DNA of 63,028 nt from Tolypothrix carrinoi HA7290-LM1 (GCA_019358935.1 JAHHIK010000042.1:1-63028); one strand, 5' to 3'; shown: positions 41,930-52,935, numbered from the stretch's first letter. Notes: a model not told the origin generated them from the sequence alone. A program made the numbers and translations.

Positions 41930-42031
41930 AGACCTCTTGCACTCATTCCTTTTTAGACTGTCGTGAGAGAGCTTTTTTCCTACCCTTTCCCCTTTCCCCT
42001 TTCCCCTTTTCCCTACTTCTGCAAGAAGTCT
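41930..42031. mobile_element. MITE-like repeat with AGAC(C/T)TCTTGCA TIRs
   Basis: AGACCTCTTGCA...TGCAAGAAGTCT enclosing TTCCCCT repeats. Confidence 0.55.
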
Positions 42032-42282
42032 ACGGTGAGCGAGGTCTTCGGGGTCGGTTTCCGTCCCGTCAACAGCTGCGAACCCGAAAAGCTGGACATT
42101 TTATTACTTGTCAGTGCCTATTAACAGCATATTTGCTATTTGTCTACTAGCTAGAGAGTGTTTTTAGAAATATACAGTTAACTGTATAGTCCTTACAGAT
42201 GTATAAACTAATAAATATATATTTACTTAGTACTACATTGAAAAACTTGCATGTGATTTGAAGAAATTCATGGTAACGTAGG

Positions 42283-42322
42283 GGCATTTTTTAATACCCG
42301 ACATCGGGTATTAAAAAATGCC
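42283..42322. repeat. Perfect inverted repeat with 19-bp arms
   Basis: GGCATTTTTTAATACCCGA-CA-TCGGGTATTAAAAAATGCC. Confidence 0.85.
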
Positions 42323-42572
42323 TGCGTTATCGCCCTCCAGTGCTAAGTATGAATTTTATCTTTGCTGGCAAAGCTGTTCACGCAGGGTAAGTATTCAGAT
42401 ACTTGCGCGTTTTGTGTTGGGGCTGTCCGTTTTCAGTAGGCAATCTTCCAAACCCTTGATTCGGAATTTACGCAGCTTGACACGAATTAACAAACGTAGG
42501 CTGGACATTTATTTATTGGCAGAGCCTTAGCAAATTTTTTCCACACATTCACTCAAAAAGGACAATACTTCT

Positions 42573-43142
42573 ATGGCATCTTCGGTTAATGATAATTTTA
42601 CAAAGCGTTGCCGACTATCAGCTTTTGCTTGCGCTATTGCTGCCACTGTGCTAAGTGCTGATTTCGCTTTTGTAAATCAGTCGGCTCGCGCTCAAGTCCT
42701 TGAGCTTACTTGCACAGGCTCGCAGACGACCACTTACTCTCCAGGTCTCCAGCTAACTCCGCAACCGACAAATCTTACCATACAAGGTGCAGCGACTACG
42801 TGTACTTCCCTCACTGATTCGAGCGTCAAATCAGGCACTTATACAGCCACAGGTCAAGTGACTAACTCGTGTCTTTTAAGCTCTCCCACACCTGCATTTG
42901 ACCTGACGATCAATTGGAACAATGGGCAATCTAGCACTATAAGCTTTACCAGCAATACCGTTTTATCGCCATTGGCTACTACCCAGGTGGTAAGTACCGG
43001 TCAAGTCACCTCCGGTCTGTTCCAAGGTGCGATGGCAACATCAAGTGTCACCGTCGTCACGCCACAAGCGACGCAATGTCTCTCCCCTGGAGGGGTAACT
43101 ACTCTGAGTGGACCTCTGGTGCTAACGCTTACTAGAGTGTAA
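42573..43142 (+). CDS. Secreted Thr/Ser-rich, Cys-containing beta protein
   Basis: Signal peptide ending ARA|Q; CTGSQTTTYSPGL, WNNGQSS and CLSPGGV motifs; AAGGA RBS. Confidence 0.75.
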   Translation: MASSVNDNFTKRCRLSAFACAIAATVLSADFAFVNQSARAQVLELTCTGSQTTTYSPGLQLTPQPTNLTIQGAATTCTSLTDSSVKSGTYTATGQVTNSCLLSSPTPAFDLTINWNNGQSSTISFTSNTVLSPLATTQVVSTGQVTSGLFQGAMATSSVTVVTPQATQCLSPGGVTTLSGPLVLTLTRV

Positions 43143-43340
43143 AGACACCTAAAGAATAAATTATCCAAAAAGCTCAATGATATTTGAGTAATGCCAGAAG
43201 AAGGGGTTGTTGATGGCAACTCCTTCTTCTTAATACCTTTTTTAGCCGCAGGATTTTATTGTGTTACCTCAAACCCTGTTGTCGGGATAACAGATTATTC
43301 GGATGCCTAAGTGTAGAGAATTGCAAACAGAGGGACAGTC

Positions 43341-43922
43341 ATGATAAATCGTCAAACTTTCATCGTATTGACAATTTGTGCCTTTTTGACATTCATCATT
43401 ACAAGTGTCTTTTCTATGCGCCCAGTAAAAGCTCAATCCGTAGCGGACGCGAGTCTTGACCAAGCGCGTTGTCGTAGCTTAATTGTCGGTACATACATCG
43501 CCCAAACTTTTCTTAATGGCGATTTTGTCGGACGTAGGGTGATAACACTGACCAAAGAGGGCAACTTTTTTGCCACTGACTCAAACCAAGGGGGTACTCA
43601 GGGTGTACCCCCAGCCGCTCAATCGTTCCCCAACAATCGTTTCACCAGTGGACAAGGCGTTTGGAAATGTACTAAAACGGGAGATTTGACTGCCAAGTCA
43701 CTCAATTTCAATTTCCCTGCTCCACAAAGTACACTGTCCGTCACGACTGCTCGATCCGATTATCGTGCAACATTCAATCCACAGACTCAAACTCTACAAG
43801 GGACATTCGAGGTTCGGACTTTCAACCTAACCGAAAATCCCTTAGAAGATAATATTCCAGTGGGTGAAGGTGAGCCTTTCACATTCACTTTTACAGCACA
43901 GCGCGTCACTATCGGCAACTAA
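43341..43922 (+). CDS. Secreted hypothetical beta-barrel-like protein
   Basis: Signal peptide ending VKA|Q; FTSGQGVWKC; ends FTFTAQRV. Confidence 0.75.
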   Translation: MINRQTFIVLTICAFLTFIITSVFSMRPVKAQSVADASLDQARCRSLIVGTYIAQTFLNGDFVGRRVITLTKEGNFFATDSNQGGTQGVPPAAQSFPNNRFTSGQGVWKCTKTGDLTAKSLNFNFPAPQSTLSVTTARSDYRATFNPQTQTLQGTFEVRTFNLTENPLEDNIPVGEGEPFTFTFTAQRVTIGN

Positions 43923-43956
43923 TTAAGGGACTTCCAAAAAATAAAATCCTCAATAT

Positions 43957-44103
43957 TTAATAATGACAATTATTATTCTCGCATTCCAGGGACAGATAGC
44001 AAGTATGTTCACCCCTGATGAGAACAGGCTTGTGAGATTGGACAACTTGAGCGATGAGTTGTTGTAGCTGACGAGATGCCTCACTGACGGGAAGATCGGA
44101 CAT
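43957..44103 (-). pseudogene. Truncated Phd/YefM antitoxin
   Basis: MSDLPVSEASRQLQQLIAQVVQSHKPVLIRG then loses similarity; no partner toxin. Confidence 0.65.
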
Positions 44104-44230
44104 TATACCCCTTACCTGTAATCGCAAAGCGCGATAGCGTTCAAAGGAGCGTCTCGTAGAGAAGCGCTGCCGCAAGGTGCGGCGGATCGCAGTATAGTTT
44201 TAGTTTAAAATAAGTACTTCAAATAAACCG

Positions 44231-45793
44231 TTAATCTCCAGTCTCCAGTTCCTTTTCTTCCACCGCGTCAACTTTATCTTGCAACGGTTTGACGACTCGT
44301 GCGATCGCCTGTTGAATAAAAGCCTTAACAAATTCATCGCGCCGGTTAATTTGAAACTGTCGCTGTACTACTTCCGTCATCCCTCCATCACCCCAATCTT
44401 GATCGTGACGGAAATACTCAATAAAACTCTTACCAGCAATTCGAGTTAAATAAGCCGCTGTAACCCCTTGAATTGCCCGACCGACAATAAACGTGGCAAC
44501 ATTAAGTTGCAATGCAGTTGAAAGTAATTGAATCGCTCCCTTGACAATACCCAAACTGGCAAGAGTTTTCGCTAAAGACAACGCTAACTCTCGTCCGCGC
44601 TCCAGATTCAACTCACAGCCGTAAATTTTACCAATTTCCACGACCATTTGCGCGTTGACGGCGGCTGTAGCCAGCAAATCGACCATCGGTAAAGGCGTTA
44701 CCGAAACTACACCAGCACCAATCCACTGAAAGCGCTCAACAATTTTATCAGCTTGACGGCGACGTTGAGCATCGATGAGTTTGCGGGCTTCTTCTCCCAA
44801 TCGCATTGATTGCAGCAAAATATTATCTGCCACTAAATCTTCACCTTCTGCCCGCAATATTGCCGCCATGCGTCGCAATAATGGTAAAATATCAGGCTCA
44901 GGTTGATAAATTTCGCCATTTTCTAATTGTGCAGCTTCGGGATTTGCGGCGATCGCCACAACATCACTTGCGGCAATAAATCCGCGCACTCGTTGGCGCA
45001 ACCGTGCGAGAATGGCTTCTTTATCTTCTTCGGTGTACATATCGATTTTGTTGAGAACTAGAAGCGATCGCTTACCAATTTCCGCCAAACTCCGCAGCGG
45101 TTCATATTCAGAGCGCCGTAAATCATTATCCACCACAAACAACAGCAAATCAGCTTCAGTCGCCAATTCTCGCGCTAACTGTTCGCGTTCGGTTCCCGCT
45201 ACCCCCGCTTCTAAAATCCCCGGCGTATCCGTTATTAAAATTTTACGTTCTAATCCCTTCAACCGCAAACAATAAGTTTCCCCTACCTGAGTAGTTCCCA
45301 TCGGCGCATCGACACGTCCGACCATGCGTCCCATCACCCCATTTACCAAAGAAGTTTTACCAGCACTTCCCGTGCCAAATACTACTACTTGAATTTCGCC
45401 GCGTGCTAAATTTGCCTCAATCTCACGCGATCGACTCAGTAAAGCTTGCCTTTGCACTTCATCTTGAATTATTGATACTTGTTGCCGCACAGCTTGTAAT
45501 GTAGAAGAAGCCGCTTCAGATTTCACGGCAGGAATTTCTGCCGCAGTCACACGACGTTTGCGTTGCGATCGCTTCTCACTTTTTTGAATTACCAACACAT
45601 AGTAGACAAAAGCGGCAATTAATGCTCCAATCAAAACAACCAGCAGCATTAACAGCAAATTGCCCAAAAGCGGCGAATAAGACAACTGCCAATAAAGGCG
45701 TGATAGCGAATCAATCAGCCACAGGCTTAGTCCTAAAATAAGAATCAGACCAACAATCAACGTTACTATGCGCGACAGAGGCATGGATGGCAA
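44231..45793 (-). CDS. YcjF/DUF697-family membrane GTP-binding protein
   Basis: GTGSAGKTS, DTPG and NKID GTPase motifs; TPLPMVDLLA DUF697 segment. Confidence 0.88.
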   Translation of the reverse strand: MPSMPLSRIVTLIVGLILILGLSLWLIDSLSRLYWQLSYSPLLGNLLLMLLVVLIGALIAAFVYYVLVIQKSEKRSQRKRRVTAAEIPAVKSEAASSTLQAVRQQVSIIQDEVQRQALLSRSREIEANLARGEIQVVVFGTGSAGKTSLVNGVMGRMVGRVDAPMGTTQVGETYCLRLKGLERKILITDTPGILEAGVAGTEREQLARELATEADLLLFVVDNDLRRSEYEPLRSLAEIGKRSLLVLNKIDMYTEEDKEAILARLRQRVRGFIAASDVVAIAANPEAAQLENGEIYQPEPDILPLLRRMAAILRAEGEDLVADNILLQSMRLGEEARKLIDAQRRRQADKIVERFQWIGAGVVSVTPLPMVDLLATAAVNAQMVVEIGKIYGCELNLERGRELALSLAKTLASLGIVKGAIQLLSTALQLNVATFIVGRAIQGVTAAYLTRIAGKSFIEYFRHDQDWGDGGMTEVVQRQFQINRRDEFVKAFIQQAIARVVKPLQDKVDAVEEKELETGD

Positions 45794-46104
45794 AGATTAA
45801 TGGGTAAAGCAGATGATGCTTTTTATCTTAATGGTTTGGTGTTGTAGGTGGGGCAGACAAGGAGACAAGGAGACAAGGAGACAAGGAGACAAGGAGTGGG
45901 AAAGTGGGGGAAGTTTCTGCCTTCGACGTGCTGAAGAGCGTTTTTATGCAAGCGATGTCTAACGACAAGACGATGCAGCGTCTACATGCAGCGTCTTAAT
46001 ATCAAGGTGATTAAAAGCTAATTTCATCACACTTGCAACTTTAGTTGCACTCAACATGTGAAAATTTGCATTTAATACCTCAAAACAAAAGGAGAAAAAA
46101 TCTT

Positions 46105-46629
46105 ATGGGACTTTTTGAGCAAATTATTGGTGCTGTTGCCAATCCCAATCAACAAGGCAACATCGGACAAATAGGTAATATCATCAACACCGTGCAGCAA
46201 CTGAGTAATAGCACTGGGGCAGATTCTAACACCATGCAGTCGGTTTTCTCAATTGTCGGTGGACAAGTGCGTTCTGCTTTACAACACAAGCGAGATACAG
46301 AGGGTAATGAAGCAGCAGAAGCTGTAGTAAATCAATTTGGTGGTACTTCTCCCAATCATAACGCCGTTGCTTCGCTGTTCTCATCTGGGATGCAGCAACA
46401 AGTAGCTGAAATGGTTGCCCAACGTACTGGGTTAAATGCAAATATGATTCAACAATTGCTACCGATGCTGGTTCCGGTAGTGTTGAATGTGTTGAAATCT
46501 GGAGCAAATACTCGAAATCCCCAAGGGGGAGGGAATCCGGTGCTGAATTCTTTCTTGGATGCTGACAACGATGGCGATGTTGATATTGCTGACGCAATGC
46601 AAATGGCTACTCGCTATATGGGAAGATGA
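46105..46629 (+). CDS. DUF937-like protein
   Basis: MGLFEQIIGA...FLDADNDGDVDIAD; AGGAG RBS. Confidence 0.8.
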   Translation: MGLFEQIIGAVANPNQQGNIGQIGNIINTVQQLSNSTGADSNTMQSVFSIVGGQVRSALQHKRDTEGNEAAEAVVNQFGGTSPNHNAVASLFSSGMQQQVAEMVAQRTGLNANMIQQLLPMLVPVVLNVLKSGANTRNPQGGGNPVLNSFLDADNDGDVDIADAMQMATRYMGR

Positions 46630-46827
46630 AAAAGAGGGGGAAAGGGTAAAGGGTAAAGGGTAAAGGGGTTTTTAAGAGGGGGAAAGGGGAAAGGGGAACC
46701 CGCGCAACGCACTGCCTCCCCTTTCCCCTTTTCCCCTCCTGGATAAGTTAGTGGGAGGGTTGTTAGTATACAAAATAACAACTAACAATCATAGGGCTTA
46801 CGCTTTCATCATGAAAAAACGAACCTA

Positions 46828-46922
46828 ATACCGTTTTTCTTTAAGGTTGATACAAATAGACCGCAAAGAGTGCAGGCGGAATGGGAGAATAATTTGTATC
46901 AACCATTTTCTGAAATGGCATA
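46828..46922. repeat. Inverted-repeat MITE-like unit
   Basis: GGTTGATACAAAT...ATTTGTATCAACC. Confidence 0.5.
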
Positions 46923-47082
46923 AGGCAAAATCTTTTGCTTTGGGTAATAAAACTGAATATTTTTCTCTGGCTAAGTATTAATAAAGACTTCTTTTCTAAG
47001 TCTTTACCAGGACTTCATCCAACTTTAGATTTCCTCTGATTATAATTTTATCTGTTGAGTTTCAGAAATAATACTGATATCA

Positions 47083-47286
47083 ATGAAACAAATAGATAAA
47101 ACTTTTACATGTACGCTATTTCTACCAATCTTACTAAATCTAAGTCTATTTACTCAGGCTGAGTCAGAATTAAAAACCAGAAGTACCTTTTTACCAGAGC
47201 AAATCATTTTGGCAGAGAATTTTAACCCACCAAACAGAGGGAAACCAAAGGATACCTACGGTGCAGGTTCTCGCGGTAGGTTCTAG
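47083..47286 (+). CDS. 67-aa secreted peptide resembling the N-terminal motif of DUF928 proteins
   Basis: Hydrophobic signal followed by FNPPNRGKPKDTYGAGSRG. Confidence 0.55.
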   Translation: MKQIDKTFTCTLFLPILLNLSLFTQAESELKTRSTFLPEQIILAENFNPPNRGKPKDTYGAGSRGRF

Positions 47287-47424
47287 TATTATCAAGAACA
47301 CAGTTAGATGGGCAATTGAAGAGGGGGAAAGGGGAAGGGGGAAGGGGGAAAGGGAAAAGAATTATTACCAATGCCCACTTGGACGATGCCCACTTGGACG
47401 ATGCCCAATGCTTTATTTTTTGCC

Positions 47425-50196
47425 TCATGGATAATTTAACTCTTCAAAAGAACCTGATATTATCTGCTCAATAAATACTTGATTTTCTTGATTTTCTGCT
47501 TGCTTGAGATATTCAATGGCAATTTGTCCGGCAGTTGGTTGTTCTTTACAAATAGCCACGAGTAATTCTACAGTCTGACGAAGTTGAATTTTTTCTAAGT
47601 GTATGGTGGTGACAATTGGCAAAGTAATAGCACTAACTACTAGCCCGATGATTGAGGGAACAACAGGAATCCACCAACCGTGTAAAAAGGCAACGTAAGC
47701 AATTGCCTTTACTGACGAAGCAGCAATCATCACAATTATTACCTGTTTTCTCGGTGACTTCACCTGCCAACTTAACGCCGCTCCCACAAAGCAGCAAAGC
47801 AAAATCCACAAGCAATCCACCCCTTGAGACCAAACCCGTAGCATCGGACGTCCATGCAGGGCTGCACTCAAAATTTGGCTGGTAATATTAGCGTGGATCG
47901 TTACTCCTGCCATTTGTTTGGGGGAACCAAAGATGCCACTGCTGTAGGGTGTTTGAAAGAAGTCTTTGACGCTCTCAGCGGTTGAGCCAATCAGGACTAT
48001 GCGATCGCGCACTTTCTCTTGTGGTATCCGATTATGCAACAAATCTGTGAACGAGAAGGTTTGAAACTGTTGTTGAGTGCCGTGATAATTGAGTAAGATT
48101 TGATACCCACCATCATCAGCCCGGACATAGCCACCGTCCGACGCTTGAAAAGGAACAATCACCGCTTTCCCTAATTGGATTTGATCGGCATCGTTGGGTC
48201 CGCTTTGGGGGGTGATGTAGAGACGTTCTAGATAGCGTAGCGCCAGTTTTAAGCCCAAATTAAAGCGTAATTCACCGTTATCGAGTCGAACTGAAAGCAA
48301 GGCACGACGCAGCTTGCCATCTCCATCCAAAACCTGATCGGCAAGACCCACCTGACCCAGTTGCGCTAAAACTGGTGGTGGTGCAACTTGACTACCTACA
48401 GCCTTTTCAATACCAATCAAATTCGGAGTCGTTTTAAATAAACTGACTAATTCCTGATAACCTGGTTCTACAGGGAAATCTCGATATAAATCCAGCCCGA
48501 TCGCTGTAGGTTTGTAGCTTTTTAATCTCTGGATTGCTTGAGTTAAGACTCGATCCGATAAAGCATACTCACCCATTTGTCTAATATCTGGCTCATCAAT
48601 TGCAATAATGGTAATATAAGGGTCAATTTCGGCTTTGGGACGTGCCTGAAAAAAGCGATCGAGCATCGTCAACTCCATACCCTGTAGTATTCCACTAAAA
48701 CGCCCAAGAGTAACTAAACAGGCAACTCCAAGAGCGATGCTGGCAATCCAACCTTTGCCCAAACGTAGTTTTTGGGCATGTCTTCGTGCGCTTTTTCGTG
48801 CATCTACCAAAATTTGATTTGCTTGCTTTGCCGCTTGCAGAGCAAATTGTGCTTTTTCTCGTTCAATTTGGCGATCGCGTTTTTCTGCGGCTAAATCGCT
48901 TTCAATTTTTCTTTTTGCGAGTTCCTGACTTGCAGCTAAAAAGCGATAATCTAAATCACTAAGTTTTTTATCTTTTGCCCACAAGAGTGCAGTATACAAC
49001 GTTATACCTACCAAAAGCTGCGACTCATCCTGCTGTTTTGAAGCAATCCAAGCTTTAAAGTTTTGCCGGTAAGGACGGAGATTGTCCATTTGAAGAGCAA
49101 CCCATTCTGAGTTAAAGACAGCTTGATAAATCGGGTTTTTTATTTTTAGGTATCCTTGCTGATTGACAATTAAACCTGATAAAAGAAGTTCAATTTGTTC
49201 TCGACTGTCATCAGCTGGTACTTCCTCTACCAAAATCTGCTGACATATTCCTAGTATCCGTCCAGAAAAGCGCTCATTGCCCAACAAGCGATCGCGAATT
49301 GTCCGCAAATGCTCCGGTTCGTCTTGAAATTCCCACTTATGGATGATGCGTGACTTAACAATACTTTCTATGCAAAATGCTTCAGTTCCAGGGGGAATAG
49401 TCAGTCTTTCATTTACTGTATCTTGACTCGAATTCAGAATTAACTGACATAGTTTTTGTGTGAGAAACGGCTGTCCATTTGTCCAAGCTAAGATTTCTTT
49501 GACAATTGCTTGAGCATTGCTGCCAAAAAGCTCTAATCCCTTAACTAATGGTTGGACTTCATCTAAATTAAAGCCGTGCAATTCTATGGCTTTACCAATA
49601 TTAAACGGAGTACGGTTTAAATCTTGAATTAAATCTGATGGTGTTGTTACCCCAAAAATAACAAACGTAATGCGGTTGTATTCTGGATCGATAGCTCGCT
49701 GATTATAGCAGAACCGAATTAAGGCAAAAAAGTCATCAACAGAAAAATCAAGGCTCTTGATACTATCAACTTCATCGATAAAAATAAACAGTCTTTTATT
49801 GGGAAACTGAACCAATAGTACTTCGGAAATAAATCGGCTCACTCTTTGAAGTAAGGGGATATCTTCATGCTCTTGCCACCAAGCTTTTAAGTTAATTTTT
49901 CCTAACAGCTTGAAACTGGACCATAACTCACCAACTACTCCCTTGTACCACTGTGGGGTAATATTTTCACAGCCAACATTTGTCAGATCAACCGAAGCGC
50001 ATATAAAACCTTGTTGTTGCAAGCGATGCCGAGTTCTTACTAGCAAAGAGGACTTACCCATTTGCCGGGAGTTGAGGACGTAGCAAAACTCTCCCTCCTG
50101 CAATGCTTCATAAAGTTGCGAATCAGCTATTCGTTCTACATAACTTGGAGCGTTACTAGTTAGACATCCACCGACTTGGTATTTATAACAGGTCAT
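47425..50196 (-). CDS. AAA_35 NTPase-CHASE2 membrane sensor
   Basis: YQVGG...YVER.AD; SRQMGKSSL; FIDEVDS; TPFNIG; CHASE2 (IDEPDI, IGLDLYRD, DGDGKLRR, RIVLIG, GVTIHA); three C-terminal TMs. Confidence 0.9.
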   Translation of the reverse strand: MTCYKYQVGGCLTSNAPSYVERIADSQLYEALQEGEFCYVLNSRQMGKSSLLVRTRHRLQQQGFICASVDLTNVGCENITPQWYKGVVGELWSSFKLLGKINLKAWWQEHEDIPLLQRVSRFISEVLLVQFPNKRLFIFIDEVDSIKSLDFSVDDFFALIRFCYNQRAIDPEYNRITFVIFGVTTPSDLIQDLNRTPFNIGKAIELHGFNLDEVQPLVKGLELFGSNAQAIVKEILAWTNGQPFLTQKLCQLILNSSQDTVNERLTIPPGTEAFCIESIVKSRIIHKWEFQDEPEHLRTIRDRLLGNERFSGRILGICQQILVEEVPADDSREQIELLLSGLIVNQQGYLKIKNPIYQAVFNSEWVALQMDNLRPYRQNFKAWIASKQQDESQLLVGITLYTALLWAKDKKLSDLDYRFLAASQELAKRKIESDLAAEKRDRQIEREKAQFALQAAKQANQILVDARKSARRHAQKLRLGKGWIASIALGVACLVTLGRFSGILQGMELTMLDRFFQARPKAEIDPYITIIAIDEPDIRQMGEYALSDRVLTQAIQRLKSYKPTAIGLDLYRDFPVEPGYQELVSLFKTTPNLIGIEKAVGSQVAPPPVLAQLGQVGLADQVLDGDGKLRRALLSVRLDNGELRFNLGLKLALRYLERLYITPQSGPNDADQIQLGKAVIVPFQASDGGYVRADDGGYQILLNYHGTQQQFQTFSFTDLLHNRIPQEKVRDRIVLIGSTAESVKDFFQTPYSSGIFGSPKQMAGVTIHANITSQILSAALHGRPMLRVWSQGVDCLWILLCCFVGAALSWQVKSPRKQVIIVMIAASSVKAIAYVAFLHGWWIPVVPSIIGLVVSAITLPIVTTIHLEKIQLRQTVELLVAICKEQPTAGQIAIEYLKQAENQENQVFIEQIISGSFEELNYP

Positions 50197-50990
50197 TTAA
50201 TTGCTTAATTAATAATTTGACAATCTCCTAGCTGGAAGTTGAAAGCTTAGTATATCCTGGGGTAAAAACTTTAAACGCACATCCTTCATGTGCTACTAAA
50301 TCAGGAATTGATATCTAATCTATTTCTACTCTACATAAATCTGTTTGTATCGACTTCGATACCTTGACTAAAAGCGTTTATTATTAGCCAGATTTTACGT
50401 TTGCTTGCACAAGTGTCACCCTGCATAAAAAAGATATTAAATATAACCTTGCAACACAATATGTAGGTTTTGTCAAGCATTAAGGCGACACCAAACTACA
50501 GTTTCTTCAGGGATAAAAAATTAAAGAGATTAAATTTTACTTTTTTCTTTAACCAAAACTGCTTGACTCACTTTTCTTACCTTTCTTACCTTTTATATCC
50601 TTATTGCCAACGGTGTCGATGTCAAGCAGGAACCTGACAGCTATCTTTATAACTCCAAACGTCGAGTTGGGCAGAGTGTCGCACAAACTGAAATGGAGAT
50701 TTCCGACTTGATGTACAAATAAATCGGGTATGGGACTACCGCAAAATTTTCACTATTTTGCAATAAACATGACTAAACATAACCTCAATTCAGAATTGCT
50801 CTCTCAAAAAACTGTTGCATTTCGAGAGCGATGGCACTGCATATGCGGTGACTCTAAATTACATCCGCAAGGCATCGGAAAGTTTACTTTTGAACCCACT
50901 CGCTCTTTTATTGATTCGATTTATACAGCTAAATCAAACTCAGCAGTATTTTAAAGTCTATAAAAGCTAAATGTAAATGGTTCATAAATA

Positions 50991-51798
50991 ATGCATATAA
51001 AAATCGACTTGATAGCAAATAAAAATCAAGTATCTACTTCTTCTATAAGTTTTTGGCAGCAAATTCAAGAAGACTGGATTGCCCACGGACGTGATTGGAG
51101 TAAACCTGGATTTAGAGCAGTAGCAGTTCACCGTTTTGGAGTTTGGAGGATGAAAATTCAACCGAAATTACTTCGTGCACCGTTCAGCATTCTATATCAG
51201 ATGTTGTTTCGGAAAATTCGCAACACTTATGGAGAAGTTGTAATTGGTTCAACATTAGAAAAGTTGACCCCAGCTTTAAAAAAACAAGACCGCTTGCTAG
51301 TCGTTGCTGATAATTGTAATGATGCGACAGCTGAGATAGCCCGTGCAAGGGGTGCAACAGTTATTGAGCGTCACGATATTGAGCGCAAAGGTAAGGGATA
51401 CGCTTTAGATTATGGCTTACAGTTCATTGAGTCAGATCCTCCTGATGTGGTTGTAATAATTGATGCTGATTGTACAGTTTATGAAGATGCGATCGCTCTT
51501 ATGCAACCGATTCAAGCTACCTACTTGATGATTAGACCGAAAAACTCTCAGTCCTCAAAAGACTTTGTTTCACAATTTTCACAACATCATGGATAGCAGC
51601 AGCAATTGTCGCTACAGCGGGATTTTGTTTCTTGATGGCAATTCTTATCGCTTGGGCTAAATTCGCTCGTCAAGATTTACCTCTACACGAACTTTTAACC
51701 ATTCCTTTTTACGTTTTCTGGAAGATACCAGTTTATCTTCAATTTTTAGTAAAACCTCAAAGCGTGTGGGTTCGTACAGAAAGAGACAAGATATCGTA
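50991..51798 (+). pseudogene. Chimeric remnant: serine-acetyltransferase-like N-terminus fused to pieces of a GT2 glycosyltransferase
   Basis: IQEDWIAHGRDWSKPGFRAVAVHRFG...IRNTYG joined to EVVIGSTL...VVADNC.D...GKGYAL...IDADC; GT2 C-terminus IAWAKFARQDLP...WVRTERD in another frame. Confidence 0.8.
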
Positions 51799-52107
51799 AA
51801 ACTTGCAGGAAAAGCCAGTTTAAATGAGGTATTACAAATACCTGAAACCAAAGAGTATATAAAAAACTTTTCTGTCGGATCTTGGTTACGGTGCGCTTTT
51901 TGAATTATTTATAACTATGCCAAGGCAGCTATGGCTAATCGAGAGCGCTTTGCTGGGTAGATTGATTTAATTTAAACAATCGAATTGGTAGAAAACGGCG
52001 TGGATTTGTTTGTGTGGCAACTCCTCGCAGCCGAAAAGATACCAAATTTAGAGGCTTAGAAGACAGACTTGCAGTGTGTCAGAAAACTAGATGGGGAGTT
52101 TGTGAAA

Positions 52108-52578
52108 ATGCGCTTGTTGATTGTCCAGTACGGTGGTGATTATCGCGAAGCTTTTCGACGAATTACATCTGATGGAGTAGAAACTTATCACGCTCAAAAA
52201 TATGTAATTGATGCGATCGCGTCAATTGGCAAGCAAATTGAAGAAGCTACCTTTTTTTGTTGCCACACCAACGAAGCATATAACGAACTACTTCAAGATG
52301 GACTGCGGGCAATTGGTGCAGGATTGGAGCCATATCAAAATTCCAAACAAATAATCAAATTAATTCAAGAACAAAAGCCCACACATTTAGTGATTCATGC
52401 TCCAATTCCAGGGCTATTTAAATGGGCAATTCAACAACGAATTAAAACTATCGCCATCCTCGCAGATTCTTTTTTGAAAAAAGACTTAATTAGTAAAATT
52501 AGATATTATACATTGGCTCGCTTATTAAATCATCAACAAATTGACTGGGTAAGTAATCATGGCTTGAACAGGGTGTAG
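52108..52578 (+). pseudogene. Truncated GT4-like glycosyltransferase (N-terminal part only)
   Basis: MRLLIVQYGGDYREAF...ETYHAQKY...WVSNHG; ORF ends inside the tandem repeat. Confidence 0.7.
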
Positions 52579-52935
52579 GGGGTAGGGTGTGGGGTGTAGG
52601 GTTCGGTTGGATGGGGATTCTAACCCCAACCAACCTTTATACACCGCCTATACGGTGGGGTCTTAAACCCGAATGCTCCTGGGGCGGGGTGTGAGCATTC
52701 TTCAAGGTATTCCCCACACCCCATCACTGCAACCCCACACCCAGGAGCGAAGCGACGTTGAACAGGGTGTAGGGGGTAGGGTGTGGGGTGTAGGGTTCGG
52801 TTGGATGGGGATTCTAACCCCAACCAACCTTTATACACCGTAAGACGGTGGGGTCTTAAACCCGAATGCTCCTGGGGCGGGGTGTGAGCATTCTTCAAGG
52901 TATTCCCCACACCCCATCACTGCAACCCCACACCC
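52564..52935. repeat. Two tandem ~178-bp multi-hairpin elements (52564-52742, 52758-52935)
   Basis: Near-identical copies; GGGTGT(A/G)GGG...CCCCACACCC ends; internal hairpins. Confidence 0.9.

Noticed and set aside
52564..52935. Possible CRISPR array
   Set aside because: Only two long near-identical units, no unique spacers and no cas genes
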